In this document: piece by piece, positions 40,552 through 50,891 of the stretch
Layout: every line of letters starts with the position of its first letter
Position numbering within the stretch: the stretch's first letter is position 1
Assembly (NCBI GenBank): GCA_050950825.1
Contig: JBMNIH010000002.1
Span: 128,001-192,000 of the forward strand
Reading direction: 5' to 3'
DNA: 64,000 bases
Source of the DNA: Clostridia bacterium
Lineage (GTDB): Bacteria; Bacillota; Clostridia; JAAYHZ01
Made by a program: the position numbers and the translations under genes
Notes under the pieces: model-generated
The model's input: the letters and a program-made list of their open reading frames with translations, nothing else
The model's database searches: none
Told to the model about the DNA's origin: nothing

Positions 40552-41369
40552 GCTTTTCCTCCTTTTGGCATGATTCTTGCGACCATATAGCCGACCCCGT
40601 AGGGTCCCTCGTAAGAAAACACCTTTGATTCAAGCTCATAACCGTCCAAGCTTCCGTAGCCCATAACAATAGACGGAAGACCGCACATGGCGGCCTTATG
40701 AACGAAGCTTTCATCCATGGTCATAAGACCTCGAATATCGTTGCTTTCCACGCATTTTTTTACTTTCGCATCAAACAGGGGACCTTCCTTGGCAAAGCCG
40801 TAAGGTCCGTCGGCTGTCAATTTGTGCGACAGGTCGGCACTGGCGATTACCGTCACATTGAGGTTCAAATTTCGAGCCGCTCTTTGAAGCAGCGTTCCCG
40901 TGCGATAAAGGTCGGAGTAAGCAAAGCCTGCGATAGGGACTACCGTTAATTTAAAGCTCGTATACGCTTCTTTAATAAAATACAAAGGAACCAGGGTACC
41001 ATGGTCTAAGTCTTCATCGAAGAAAGAATGCTTCGGCATCGCTCCAATGGGCAAACCTTCTTTTTCTCCCTCACTTATGATTTCATCCGCCAAATCCGTG
41101 TCGCTTTCAAAAGTCATTCGGATGTCTCTTCTGCCGAAGTTCGAGAAAGATCCGCTCAGCTTCGGTTGTCGGTTGATGTAAATGAAATCTCGGTAGACGA
41201 TTGCATGGGGAGATATAACGATGACGGTGTCCGGTTTTAATTTTGCAATTTCATCCGCTGCTTCCCGGGCCGCTTTGATGGTGTCGGTTATAAGGGCGGC
41301 ATCTCCGATGCCGGGAACCATTAAAGGCGGATGAGGCATGATATAAACACCTTGGATCAATTCCAACAA
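40548..41369 (-). CDS. amrB: AmmeMemoRadiSam system protein B (Memo/LigB-like)
   Basis: [30 protein letters not shown]. Confidence 0.85.
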   Translation of the reverse strand: MLELIQGVYIMPHPPLMVPGIGDAALITDTIKAAREAADEIAKLKPDTVIVISPHAIVYRDFIYINRQPKLSGSFSNFGRRDIRMTFESDTDLADEIISEGEKEGLPIGAMPKHSFFDEDLDHGTLVPLYFIKEAYTSFKLTVVPIAGFAYSDLYRTGTLLQRAARNLNLNVTVIASADLSHKLTADGPYGFAKEGPLFDAKVKKCVESNDIRGLMTMDESFVHKAAMCGLPSIVMGYGSLDGYELESKVFSYEGPYGVGYMVARIMPKGGKA

Positions 41370-41681
41370 CTCCTTTATCTTGTTTTAATATTCTTGCCTT
41401 ACCCGGTCGTTCTATAACCCAAAACCAAATATTTTCCAATTATTATTCCGATTATACGTGCTTTTGATTTATTCCGTTATTATCATTATAACATAAATAA
41501 AGGGATTTTTATCAATTCCCGTTCCCCGGAAGGGTTCGTTTTTCCTTAAAGCAGAACACTCTTTCCATTTTTAAAATGAGAAATTAACGTCTTTTCTTTT
41601 GCGCAGTGTTTCTTGTTTTTACTCGCAGCCCTTGAAAAAAGCCCGTTTTGCATCAATTATTGATTTCGGTGCCATAACACC

Positions 41682-41695
41682 CGAACTATCGTTCT
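41682..41695. promoter_or_regulatory. LexA (SOS) box upstream of uvrA
   Basis: cGAACtatcGTTCt matches Firmicutes GAAC-N4-GTTC. Confidence 0.6.
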
Positions 41696-41823
41696 GTTTT
41701 TTAGCGGATTTTTTCGAAACAATGTTTACTTGACAGAAGCTTTCTGCTATAATATGAAAGATTCAATGGAGATTTTTATCTCCGGCCGTTTCCTTAAAGC
41801 AAGGAAAAAAGATTGGAGTATAT

Positions 41824-44670
41824 ATGCAGCAAGACTATATTATCATACAAGGGGCAAAACAACATAATCTGAAAAACATAAACGTAAAAATCCCGCGAAA
41901 CAAGCTGGTGGTAATAACGGGAGTCAGCGGCTCGGGAAAGTCCTCCCTTGCCTTTGACACCATTTATGCCGAAGGCCAAAGAAGATACATCGAATCTTTA
42001 TCGGCTTACGCACGGCAGTTCTTAGGGCAGATGGATAAACCGGACGTGGAGTTTATCTCCGGCTTATCGCCTTCCATCTCCATAGACCAAAAATCAACCG
42101 GCAGAAATCCGCGCTCCACCGTCGGAACGGTAACGGAGATATTCGATTACTTACGGTTGCTCTACGCTTCCATCGGTATTCCTCATTGTCCGGATTGCGG
42201 AAAAGTAATCGCACAGCAAACCGTGGATCAAATGGTAGACGAAATCATGAAATACCCTGACGGAACGAGGCTGCAGATTTTGGCACCGGTGGTTCGTTCC
42301 CGCAAAGGCGATTACAGGCAGCTTTTTTCGGATATCGCTAAAAACGGGTTTGTTCGCGTTCGAGTCGACGGTGAAATAAGAGACGTAAACGAATCCATCG
42401 TTTTGGATCGGAATAAAAAGCATGACATTGAAGTTGTGGTAGACCGTATCATTACGAAGGAAGGCATACAAAAAAGATTGACCGAGTCTATCGAAACGGC
42501 GTTGAATTTAAGCGGCGGGCTTTTGATGGTGAACGTCATCGGCGGAGAAGACCGAATTTTTAACAAAAACCTTTCCTGTCCGGATTGCGGTATCAGCATC
42601 GAGGAATTGACTCCCCGTTCCTTTTCCTTTAATAACCCTTACGGTGCATGTCCCGTATGCTCCGGATTAGGAACGCTGCTGACCATCGACCCGGATTTGG
42701 TGATTCCCGATAAAAACTTGACTTTGCGAGAAGGAGCCATTAACGTAGGCGGTTGGAATTTCGCCAACGACAATTCCTATGCCCGTATGTATCTTGACGG
42801 CCTGAGCAAGCATTATCACTTCGATTTGGATACGCCCGTGAAGGACTTACCGGAGGAAATCGTTCGCATACTGCTGTATGGCTCCGGCGATGAAAAAATT
42901 AAAGTGGAATACGACAAGGATTACGGCAGCGGTTCCTATCACATCAACTTTGAAGGCGTCATCCGCAGTATGGAGAGAAGATACAAGGAAACCGGCTCGG
43001 ACGGAATGAAGCAATATTACGAAAGCTTTATGAGTAACGACGCATGTCCCGCATGCCAAGGAAAGCGTTTGAAGAAAGAAAGCTTGGCGGTAACCGTTAA
43101 CGGGCTGAATATTATGGAAGTATCCTCAAAATCCATCAGCGAAGCTATGGACTTTTTTAACAACCTTAAGCTTTCCTCCCGAGAAGAAATCATATCAAGG
43201 CAGATCGTAAAGGAAATAAAGGCGCGCCTGCAATTTCTCATTAACGTAGGCTTGAATTATCTGACGCTGTCTCGTCCTGCCGGCACCTTATCCGGCGGCG
43301 AGTCCCAGCGTATTCGGCTGGCTACGCAGGTAGGCTCCGGACTGGTAGGTGTTCTTTATATTCTCGACGAACCCAGCATCGGTTTGCATCAAAGAGACAA
43401 CAAAAAGCTTTTGGATACCCTTATTCATTTGAGAGATTTGGGTAATACCCTTATCGTAGTGGAGCACGACGAGGAAACCATGTATTATGCGGATCATATC
43501 ATTGATATCGGTCCGGGCGCCGGAGAACACGGAGGACGTATCGTTTGCGAAGGCCCGATTGAGGTTATAAAGCAGTGCGAGGAATCCTACACGGGACAGT
43601 ATTTAAGCGGAAAAAGAAAAATCGAGATACCGGAAAAGCGCAGAACTCCCAACGGTAAATACTTGGAAGTGATCAATGCTTCGGAGAACAACTTGAAAAA
43701 TCTGAACGTCAAAATTCCCATCGGTCTTTTTACCTGTGTAACGGGAGTTTCCGGATCCGGAAAAAGCACCTTGGTAAACAAAATCATATACCAAAGCCTT
43801 GCTACCTTGCTGAACGGAGCCAAGCTAAAGGCCGGGAAACACGACATGATCAAAGGTATAGGGTATCTTGACAAGGTGATCAATATCGACCAATCTCCCA
43901 TCGGGCGTACACCTCGATCCAACCCCGCCACCTATACGGGGGTTTTCGACCTTATTCGCGACCTGTTCGCACAGACGGTGGAAGCCAAGGTACGGGGATA
44001 CAGCAAGGGACGATTCAGCTTCAATGTTTCCGGAGGACGATGTGAAGCCTGCAAGGGAGACGGCATTGTCAAAATCGAGATGCATTTTCTCGCCGATGTT
44101 TACGTCCCCTGCGAGGTATGTAAAGGCAAAAGATACAATCGCGAAACGCTGGAAGTGAAGTATAAGGGAAAGAACATCTACGACGTATTAAACATGACCG
44201 TCGAAGACGCCTATGAATTTTTCGAGAATCAGTCCCGTATACAAAACAAGCTGAAAACCCTCATGGACGTCGGACTCGGATACATTCGGTTGGGTCAATC
44301 CTCTACAACGTTATCGGGAGGAGAAGCCCAAAGAATCAAGCTGGCCACCGAGCTTTCCAAAATCGCGACAGGTAAAACCTTGTACATTTTGGACGAGCCT
44401 ACGACGGGACTTCACATTCACGATATCCACCGCTTGATCAATATTCTGCAGCAGCTGACCGACGGCGGAAACACCGTATTGGTTATCGAGCATAATCTGG
44501 ATGTCATTAAAACCTGTGACTACATTATCGATTTGGGACCCGAAGGCGGAGACGAAGGGGGATATATCGTAGCCGAAGGTTCCCCCGAAGAGGTGGCTAA
44601 CGTAGAAGAATCCTATACCGGTCAATTTTTAAAAAAGATATTGGAAAAGAAAGAATTCCTTCGACCGTAA
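41824..44670 (+). CDS. uvrA: Excinuclease ABC subunit A
   Basis: Two GVSGSGKS Walker A motifs, LSGGE signatures, zinc fingers. Confidence 0.98.
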   Translation: MQQDYIIIQGAKQHNLKNINVKIPRNKLVVITGVSGSGKSSLAFDTIYAEGQRRYIESLSAYARQFLGQMDKPDVEFISGLSPSISIDQKSTGRNPRSTVGTVTEIFDYLRLLYASIGIPHCPDCGKVIAQQTVDQMVDEIMKYPDGTRLQILAPVVRSRKGDYRQLFSDIAKNGFVRVRVDGEIRDVNESIVLDRNKKHDIEVVVDRIITKEGIQKRLTESIETALNLSGGLLMVNVIGGEDRIFNKNLSCPDCGISIEELTPRSFSFNNPYGACPVCSGLGTLLTIDPDLVIPDKNLTLREGAINVGGWNFANDNSYARMYLDGLSKHYHFDLDTPVKDLPEEIVRILLYGSGDEKIKVEYDKDYGSGSYHINFEGVIRSMERRYKETGSDGMKQYYESFMSNDACPACQGKRLKKESLAVTVNGLNIMEVSSKSISEAMDFFNNLKLSSREEIISRQIVKEIKARLQFLINVGLNYLTLSRPAGTLSGGESQRIRLATQVGSGLVGVLYILDEPSIGLHQRDNKKLLDTLIHLRDLGNTLIVVEHDEETMYYADHIIDIGPGAGEHGGRIVCEGPIEVIKQCEESYTGQYLSGKRKIEIPEKRRTPNGKYLEVINASENNLKNLNVKIPIGLFTCVTGVSGSGKSTLVNKIIYQSLATLLNGAKLKAGKHDMIKGIGYLDKVINIDQSPIGRTPRSNPATYTGVFDLIRDLFAQTVEAKVRGYSKGRFSFNVSGGRCEACKGDGIVKIEMHFLADVYVPCEVCKGKRYNRETLEVKYKGKNIYDVLNMTVEDAYEFFENQSRIQNKLKTLMDVGLGYIRLGQSSTTLSGGEAQRIKLATELSKIATGKTLYILDEPTTGLHIHDIHRLINILQQLTDGGNTVLVIEHNLDVIKTCDYIIDLGPEGGDEGGYIVAEGSPEEVANVEESYTGQFLKKILEKKEFLRP

Positions 44671-44707
44671 TCCAATCTTTGATAATTGACAAATACACTT
44701 TGGCATG

Positions 44708-44747
44708 AAAAAAGGGAGATCGGGCAAAAGCCTTATCTCCCTTTATG
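44708..44747. terminator. Terminator between convergent uvrA and nrdD
   Basis: AAAGGGAGAT...ATCTCCCTTT inverted repeat. Confidence 0.65.
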
Positions 44748-44751
44748 AATC

Positions 44752-47139
44752 CTATCGCAGAACGGCTACTTTTTTGACGCTGTCCGCAAACTCTCTGATT
44801 TGTTCCGATCCGATGTATTTTTTCACATTCTCACCGTTTACCACCACTACCGTAGGAACGGACATAATCCGGTATTTCTCCGTTAAGTCCTGCCGTTCCC
44901 GAGCGTTGACTTCTTGGATCCCTTCAATGCCTTTCAGAATGCTTTTTGCCGTCGGGCATTGAGGACAAGTGGGTGTCGTAAACAAATAGACTTGGGCTTG
45001 TCCGCGAATTTCACCGGTTTCTTTCTTTTGCTCGGCAGCCTTTGTATCTTTATCTTTTACTCCTAAAGATTTTTTATAGTCGTATTCCAGGCGGTGTTCA
45101 AATTCTTGTACCTTTCCGTCGTTCCAATTCTTCAACGGACGATAATAACCGGTGATTCTGCTGTAAACCTCCGTTTCCTTTCCGCAGGTAGGACAAGTGT
45201 ACACTTCTCCTGCTATATATCCGCAATTTTGACAGATGGCATAAGTAGGCGAAAGCGTATAATACGGCAATCTGTAATTGTCGGATATTTTCTTAACCAA
45301 ATTCATGGTGGTACGCCAGTCGGATACCTTCTCTCCTAGGAATACATGGAACACGGTTCCGCTGGTATATTGAATTTGGAACTCGTCCTGCAAATCAAGG
45401 GCTTCGAACACGTCATCCGTATATCCTACCGGCAGATGGGTGCTGTTGGTGTAGTAAGGCGTATCGCCTTTTTTGCCCGCGCAGATAATATCCGGATAGA
45501 TTTCACGGTCGTGTTTCGCCAAGCGGTACGTGGTGGATTCCGCCGGTGTGGCTTCCAAGTTAAACAGCGCACCGTATTCGTTCTGGTATTTTAACAGACG
45601 TTCTTTCATATGTTGCAGCACTTCCAGAGCGAATTTTCTCGCATTGGGTTTATCGATGGTTTCGCGGATCCACGATGCGTTCAAGCAGGCTTCATTCATA
45701 CCGATCAAACCGATGGTTGAAAAATGATTGTCAAAGGTTCCGAGATAAACCTTGGTATAGGGATACAGGTCTTTTTCCAAAAGCTTGGATATGACCTTCC
45801 TCTTTATATCCAAGGAGCGTGCCGCGATATCCATGGTACGGTCTAATGCGCTGTAGAATTGCTCTTCGTTTCCGCTTTCGTATGCGATACGAGGCAAGTT
45901 GATGGTAACGACACCGATGGAGCCGGTGCTTTCCCCCGAACCGAAATAACCTCCGGTCTTTTTACGCAATTCTCTTAAATCCAACCTCAGCCTGCAGCAC
46001 ATGCTGCGGATATCGCTAGGCTTCATATCGCTGTTCACATAATTCGAGAAGTACGGTGTCCCGTATTTGCTTGTCATTTCAAACAACAGCCTGTTGTTTT
46101 CCGTTTCCGACCAGTCGAAGTCTTTGGTAATGGAATATGTAGGAATGGGATATTGGAATCCTCTTCCGTGGGCATCCCCCTCTACCATAACTTCGATAAA
46201 CGCTTTATTAATAATATCCATTTCACGCTGGCATTCGCCGTACGTCAAATCGATTTGTTTTCCGCCGATATATACTTTTTCGTTTTTCAAATCCTCGGGG
46301 ACGGTCCAGTCCAAGGTGATGTTCGTAAAAGGAGCCTGCGATCCCCAACGGCTCGGTGTATTGACTCCAAAAACGAAGCTTTGGATACATTGCTTAACTT
46401 CCCTGTAAGGAAGATTATCCACTTTCACAAAGGGAGCCAAATAGGTATCAAAGCCGGAAAAAGCTTGGGCTCCGGCCCATTCGTTTTGCATGATACCCAA
46501 GAAATTTACCATTTGGTTGCATAAGGTGGACAAATGCTTAACGGGAGCAGAGGTGATCTTCCCCGGTACACCGCCTAAGCCTTGTTGAATTAACTGCTTT
46601 AAGGACCAACCCGCACAATACCCTGACAGCATGGACAAGTCGTGAATGTGGATTCTTGCTTGCTTGTGGGCTTGTGCAATCTCCTCGTCGTATACTTCTG
46701 ACAGCCAGTAGTTGGCGGTAATGGCGCCCGAATTGTGTAAAATCAAGCCTCCGATGGAATAATTGACGGTGGAGTTTTCTTTCACTCTCCAGTCTTCCTC
46801 TTTGACATAGCTGTCTACAAGCTTTTTATAATCAATGACCGTATTTTCAACGTTGCGGATTTTCTCTCTTTGCTTTCTATACAAGATATAGGCTTTCGCT
46901 ACGCGAGCAAAACCCGCTTGCTGCAATACGCTTTCTACGCAGTTTTGTATATCTTCTACGTGGATTTTGTTATCAAATACGTAATCTTGAAACTCTGCCG
47001 TTACCCTTAGCGCCAACAACTCCAATACGTCGTCACTCCACGCCGTACCCGTGGCTATAAAGGCCTTTTTCATCGCTTCGGAAATTCTTTTGATGTCGAA
47101 TGCTGCCGGTGATCCGTCTCTTTTTACTACCGTAATCAT
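44752..47139 (-). CDS. nrdD: Anaerobic (class III) ribonucleoside-triphosphate reductase with ATP cone and fused C-terminal glutaredoxin-like domain
   Basis: VVKRDG ATP cone, SMCCRL, EATPAE, CxxC..CxxC, YSRITGYY glycyl-radical motif, terminal TPTCPQC...SVPT. Confidence 0.93.
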   Translation of the reverse strand: MITVVKRDGSPAAFDIKRISEAMKKAFIATGTAWSDDVLELLALRVTAEFQDYVFDNKIHVEDIQNCVESVLQQAGFARVAKAYILYRKQREKIRNVENTVIDYKKLVDSYVKEEDWRVKENSTVNYSIGGLILHNSGAITANYWLSEVYDEEIAQAHKQARIHIHDLSMLSGYCAGWSLKQLIQQGLGGVPGKITSAPVKHLSTLCNQMVNFLGIMQNEWAGAQAFSGFDTYLAPFVKVDNLPYREVKQCIQSFVFGVNTPSRWGSQAPFTNITLDWTVPEDLKNEKVYIGGKQIDLTYGECQREMDIINKAFIEVMVEGDAHGRGFQYPIPTYSITKDFDWSETENNRLLFEMTSKYGTPYFSNYVNSDMKPSDIRSMCCRLRLDLRELRKKTGGYFGSGESTGSIGVVTINLPRIAYESGNEEQFYSALDRTMDIAARSLDIKRKVISKLLEKDLYPYTKVYLGTFDNHFSTIGLIGMNEACLNASWIRETIDKPNARKFALEVLQHMKERLLKYQNEYGALFNLEATPAESTTYRLAKHDREIYPDIICAGKKGDTPYYTNSTHLPVGYTDDVFEALDLQDEFQIQYTSGTVFHVFLGEKVSDWRTTMNLVKKISDNYRLPYYTLSPTYAICQNCGYIAGEVYTCPTCGKETEVYSRITGYYRPLKNWNDGKVQEFEHRLEYDYKKSLGVKDKDTKAAEQKKETGEIRGQAQVYLFTTPTCPQCPTAKSILKGIEGIQEVNARERQDLTEKYRIMSVPTVVVVNGENVKKYIGSEQIREFADSVKKVAVLR

Positions 47140-47174
47140 ATGCTCCTCCATTACTATATATGTGATGTATGCCC

Positions 47175-47227
47175 ATTTTATACTATATATTGTGCCAAGT
47201 CAACACAATTCACACTACATTTTGTAC
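47175..47227 (-). promoter_or_regulatory. nrdD promoter with tandem NrdR boxes
   Basis: TTGACT-17-TAAAAT; boxes ATACTATATATTGTGC (47180) and ACACTACATTTTGTAC (47212), 32 bp apart. Confidence 0.8.
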
Positions 47228-47366
47228 ATTTTTTGTAGCGTTCAATCTTTTTTTTACGATTACCAACTTAACCCCTAATTTTGATGATAACAATTATTAC
47301 CGAAGAATTCAACCGCGAAAAGAGTTAGGGTTTGTGATATAATCCGTAAATAGGAGGAAATTATCA

Positions 47367-49277
47367 CCTTGGTCCAAATAAATTGAAATAAATCAGTCAT
47401 TTACTAATTAAGAACCAGCTAATTAAAGTCAAGAGTTTATAATAAAAATTTTGAGAAATTTTTTTAGGCTCCTGACGTTAATGAAACGCATGACAACAAG
47501 ACCACCTAGGTGAGGTAGACATAAAATAGCTGGTCTAAAATAGCAAGTTGCTCTTTGAAAACTGAACATCAAGTACAGTACTATCAAGCTGCTGTATGCT
47601 TTGCTGCAAGCATTTGAGCGTGTTCCTGGGGGCTGCGTAACTGGTAAGGTTTCCTATCCCTTAGAACAGCAAAGATGATACAAACAAGCTTGCGCATAAC
47701 AGCTCCCAAAGCTACTTTCTTAGGCTTACTCTGGCATTTTTGTTGGTAGAACTCCAGCAGCACAGGGTTGCAAGCTGTCTTATCCCGCTTGGTACGGATA
47801 TTAGCAAGAGCAATTGTGAAAAGCACCCTGCGAAGCAGCCTTGAACCTCTCTTAGACATCTTGTTCCGTGTGCCGGTAAACTCTCCGGACTGCATGACAG
47901 AGGGGTCAACGCCGAAATAAGCAACCAGCTTGCCTGGCTTTTTAAAGGCTGAAAAGTCTCCAATCTCCGCAAGAATAGTAGCAGCAGAGAGAAGGCCTAT
48001 ACCTGGCAGGCTCTGCAAAAGTTCAAGCGTCAATGCCAGCATGGGCATATCCTTCGCCATATCTTCAGCAATCAGTAGACGAATGGACTTAAGGACTTTC
48101 TCCAGGCTTTCTTCCAAGGTTTTGATCATGGAGATATATACGCCCAGCATAATAACATTTGAGGCATTATGAATGCTCAGAGGTGCAAAATCTCTGGCCT
48201 TGGAGACCAGAAGCTCATACTTGGCAGTTGACCATTTGAGGCTTTTGCGGGATTTCTTCTGAATCAGTGAAATCAGCTTGTTCCTGTCAGCCTTAAGAAT
48301 ATGGGCAGGAGTAGGATACTCCTCCAGGACAGCCATAGCAGCCTTTGAAAATATATTGGAGAAGACATCCTTGAAGTTAAGCATGAGTTGGTCAACAATA
48401 CCGGTAAGCCTGTTTTTGTAGGCGGTAAGCTCATCACTCAGTTTGTAGTACTGGCGACATAGGCTCCTTAGGCACTCAATATCCTCATTGGGGATGTTGG
48501 TTGACTTAAGTTCCTGAAATCTATAGAGTAGGGCAATTTTCCGGGCATCCACTTTATCATTTTTCACTTTTCTGATTCCAATATTTTTGATAGAATCAGT
48601 TTGGATGGGGTTTGTTACCGAAACCTCAAATCCAGCTTTACAAAGTGAATGGAAAAGGATTTTGTGATAGTGCCCGGTGGATTCCATGACTATGAAAGGC
48701 CTTGAAGCAAAATCTTTTTCCGTTTTATTAAGCAATTCAACGGCTCTTTCAACGTCGGTATTGGAATCATGGTGAATCTTCATGCGGGCAACCACTTCAT
48801 TGGTAGGAGAAAGAATCGCCATTTCACTGAAGAACTTACCCACATCAATTCCTGCAATGGGTCTGAAATTCATTAAAATGCCTCCTTTTTAAGATTAATG
48901 GACTTAAAAGCCTCCATTCCTTCCCATGTAAGCAAACAACCTTGCATGTGACACGAGGAACCAGCCAAAGAGCTGGCCTCAACCAGCCAAATCATGTAGA
49001 CTTACCGGAATGGATAAATACTCTTTCTTACGGGTAATCGGCCCGCTAAGGTCCGTCCCAGGAGGTGAAACACTCACCTTCCAAGTCCGGAAGATATTAT
49101 ACATGATTGTCAAGGTTCAGGCCAACAGTTGCTGGCAAAATGGCTAAGATGTGAAGCCGGATGATGTGCTTGATGTTTAGAAAAGAATGAAGTTTGAAGT
49201 GTTATGTTAACAATGAATTTTAATGGGTCGAACAGTGGCTTCGGTCACTGATTTAATACAATATTAATTGTACAAGG
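47367..49277 (-). mobile_element. IS110-family insertion sequence (ends approximate)
   Basis: Transposase with long non-coding flanks bounded by imperfect inverted ends CCTTG...TAAATCAGT. Confidence 0.75.
47584..48873 (-). CDS. IS110-family DEDD transposase/recombinase
   Basis: AGIDVGK, MESTGHY, KNDKVDA, PGIG, GVDP..QSG, AVMRKL. Confidence 0.95.
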   Translation of the reverse strand: MNFRPIAGIDVGKFFSEMAILSPTNEVVARMKIHHDSNTDVERAVELLNKTEKDFASRPFIVMESTGHYHKILFHSLCKAGFEVSVTNPIQTDSIKNIGIRKVKNDKVDARKIALLYRFQELKSTNIPNEDIECLRSLCRQYYKLSDELTAYKNRLTGIVDQLMLNFKDVFSNIFSKAAMAVLEEYPTPAHILKADRNKLISLIQKKSRKSLKWSTAKYELLVSKARDFAPLSIHNASNVIMLGVYISMIKTLEESLEKVLKSIRLLIAEDMAKDMPMLALTLELLQSLPGIGLLSAATILAEIGDFSAFKKPGKLVAYFGVDPSVMQSGEFTGTRNKMSKRGSRLLRRVLFTIALANIRTKRDKTACNPVLLEFYQQKCQSKPKKVALGAVMRKLVCIIFAVLRDRKPYQLRSPQEHAQMLAAKHTAA

Positions 49278-49341
49278 CGGTGAAGAGTCCGGTTTTGTAA
49301 AGTCGATTTATCACAAAATCTGCAAAAACCGGGCGAATGGA

Positions 49342-50406
49342 ATGAAGACCAAAACAAAAAGCGGAAATGTCGGTTATGCCGTTGTGGGATTAGGCCGAGG
49401 AATGGATCATGTAAGGTGTGCGAGCAATTCAAAAAATTGCGATCTGCTTGCGGTTTGTGACATCAATCCGGAAACCTTTAAAAAGCTTGAAGGCAAGTAC
49501 GAAGCGGATACCTATACGGATATTGATGAAATGCTAAAAAGAGACGACATCGATATCGTCAGTATATGTACCCCCAGCGGTACCCATGCCGAATTGGCCA
49601 TGAAGGTTGCGGAAGCCGGAAAACATGCCATGCTGGAAAAACCTTTTGATATAACCTTGGATAAAATCGATGCTACGGTGAAGGCTTTTGCCGACAAAGG
49701 CTTAAAGCTCGGCTTAATTTTCCAAAACAGATTCGCTCCGGCTAATCGTAAGGCGAAGCAATTAATCGACGAAGGCGTTTTAGGAGACTTAATACTGGGA
49801 GTCGTTCAAGTAAAATGGTATCGAACCCAAGGTTACTATGACGCAAACGGCGGATGGCGTGGTACATGGGCAATGGACGGCGGCGGTTCTCTTATGAACC
49901 AAGGAATCCATACCGTCGATTTGTTCCAATGGATGATGGGACCCGTAAAATCCGTTTTTGCATATACCGATGTGGTAGCCCATAATATCGAAGCCGAAGA
50001 TATTACCGCTGCCGTATTGAAAATGAAAAACGGAGCGAAAGGAATCATTATCACTTCGACGGCTACATATCCCGGTTTCGGAACCACGTTGGACATTCAC
50101 GGCGTCAACGGCGGAATCTGCATGAAAAACAACGACATCATGGAGATTTCGTACAAGGGCGCTACCCAAGAAGAATTGGACAACATAATGAAAATTTACG
50201 GTCCCAACAAAGACATCGAATTTGCCGTTGCTTCCGATCCTTCGGTTATCAACAGGGATACCACCCACGTTCAAATACAAGATATGATTGATGCGGTTCT
50301 GGAAGATCGTCCTCCCGTGATTGAAGGTGCCGAAGGACGTCGTTCCGTAGAAATCATCAACGCCATATACGAATCCGCAAAAACAGGAAAGGAAATTTCC
50401 CTATAG
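49342..50406 (+). CDS. Gfo/Idh/MocA family oxidoreductase
   Basis: AVVGLG, ICTPSGTH, GKHAMLEKP, GGGSLMNQGIHTVD. Confidence 0.92.
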   Translation: MKTKTKSGNVGYAVVGLGRGMDHVRCASNSKNCDLLAVCDINPETFKKLEGKYEADTYTDIDEMLKRDDIDIVSICTPSGTHAELAMKVAEAGKHAMLEKPFDITLDKIDATVKAFADKGLKLGLIFQNRFAPANRKAKQLIDEGVLGDLILGVVQVKWYRTQGYYDANGGWRGTWAMDGGGSLMNQGIHTVDLFQWMMGPVKSVFAYTDVVAHNIEAEDITAAVLKMKNGAKGIIITSTATYPGFGTTLDIHGVNGGICMKNNDIMEISYKGATQEELDNIMKIYGPNKDIEFAVASDPSVINRDTTHVQIQDMIDAVLEDRPPVIEGAEGRRSVEIINAIYESAKTGKEISL

Positions 50407-50416
50407 TCAATCAATT

Positions 50417-50457
50417 AAAAAACCGGCTTTTGCGAAAAACGCGAAGCCGGTTTTTTA
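50417..50457 (+). terminator. Terminator after the oxidoreductase
   Basis: AAAAACCGGCTT..AAGCCGGTTTTTT. Confidence 0.75.
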
Positions 50458-50525
50458 ACTCTACAGGAATAGGATAAAAAAATGCCGGTTGGAAAACATA
50501 TGCGGTGAAAGGAAGGTGATTTCTT

Positions 50526-50891
50526 TTGAGCGGCGTCATGCACGGGACGTACGGTTTGCTGCTGCTCCTGTTTTTAAGAGTCGTCATGGGTATTCGTTTC
50601 CCCGATTTTACAGGAACCGTATTCGGTGTTTTTTTCGGGTCCCTTTTTCCGAATACCGATATCATCGGAAGCCCCGATTCGTTGTTTCCCGTCATGAAAA
50701 TCTACCGGACTCGGCATTATCTTCATTCCTTGTTTTTCCTACTTACTACCTCATCCGTTTCTTATCTTCTTCACAAGGGCTTCGGAACAGGGGTTTTTAT
50801 CGGTTACGGCTTTCATCTGATTCTCGAAAGAATCAAAAGAAAATCCCTGCCCTGTCTTTGGTATCCCTACAAAACCCTTCGATTAAACTGA
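50526..50891 (+). CDS. Small membrane protein, divergent YdjM-like metal-dependent hydrolase
   Basis: GSLFPNTD, HSL, GYGFHL, LWYP spacing; GGAAGGTGA SD, TTG start. Confidence 0.5.
   Translation: MSGVMHGTYGLLLLLFLRVVMGIRFPDFTGTVFGVFFGSLFPNTDIIGSPDSLFPVMKIYRTRHYLHSLFFLLTTSSVSYLLHKGFGTGVFIGYGFHLILERIKRKSLPCLWYPYKTLRLN

Noticed and set aside
39856-40590. 244-aa plus-strand ORF and similar long shadow ORFs (e.g. 22952-23605, 26258-26944)
   Set aside because: Antisense to well-supported genes, with no recognisable motifs or SD
49074-49080. TCACCTT matching the IS110 left junction (47364-47370) as a guide segment
   Set aside because: Only 7 nt, and it lies in a predicted stem rather than a loop; chance match is plausible
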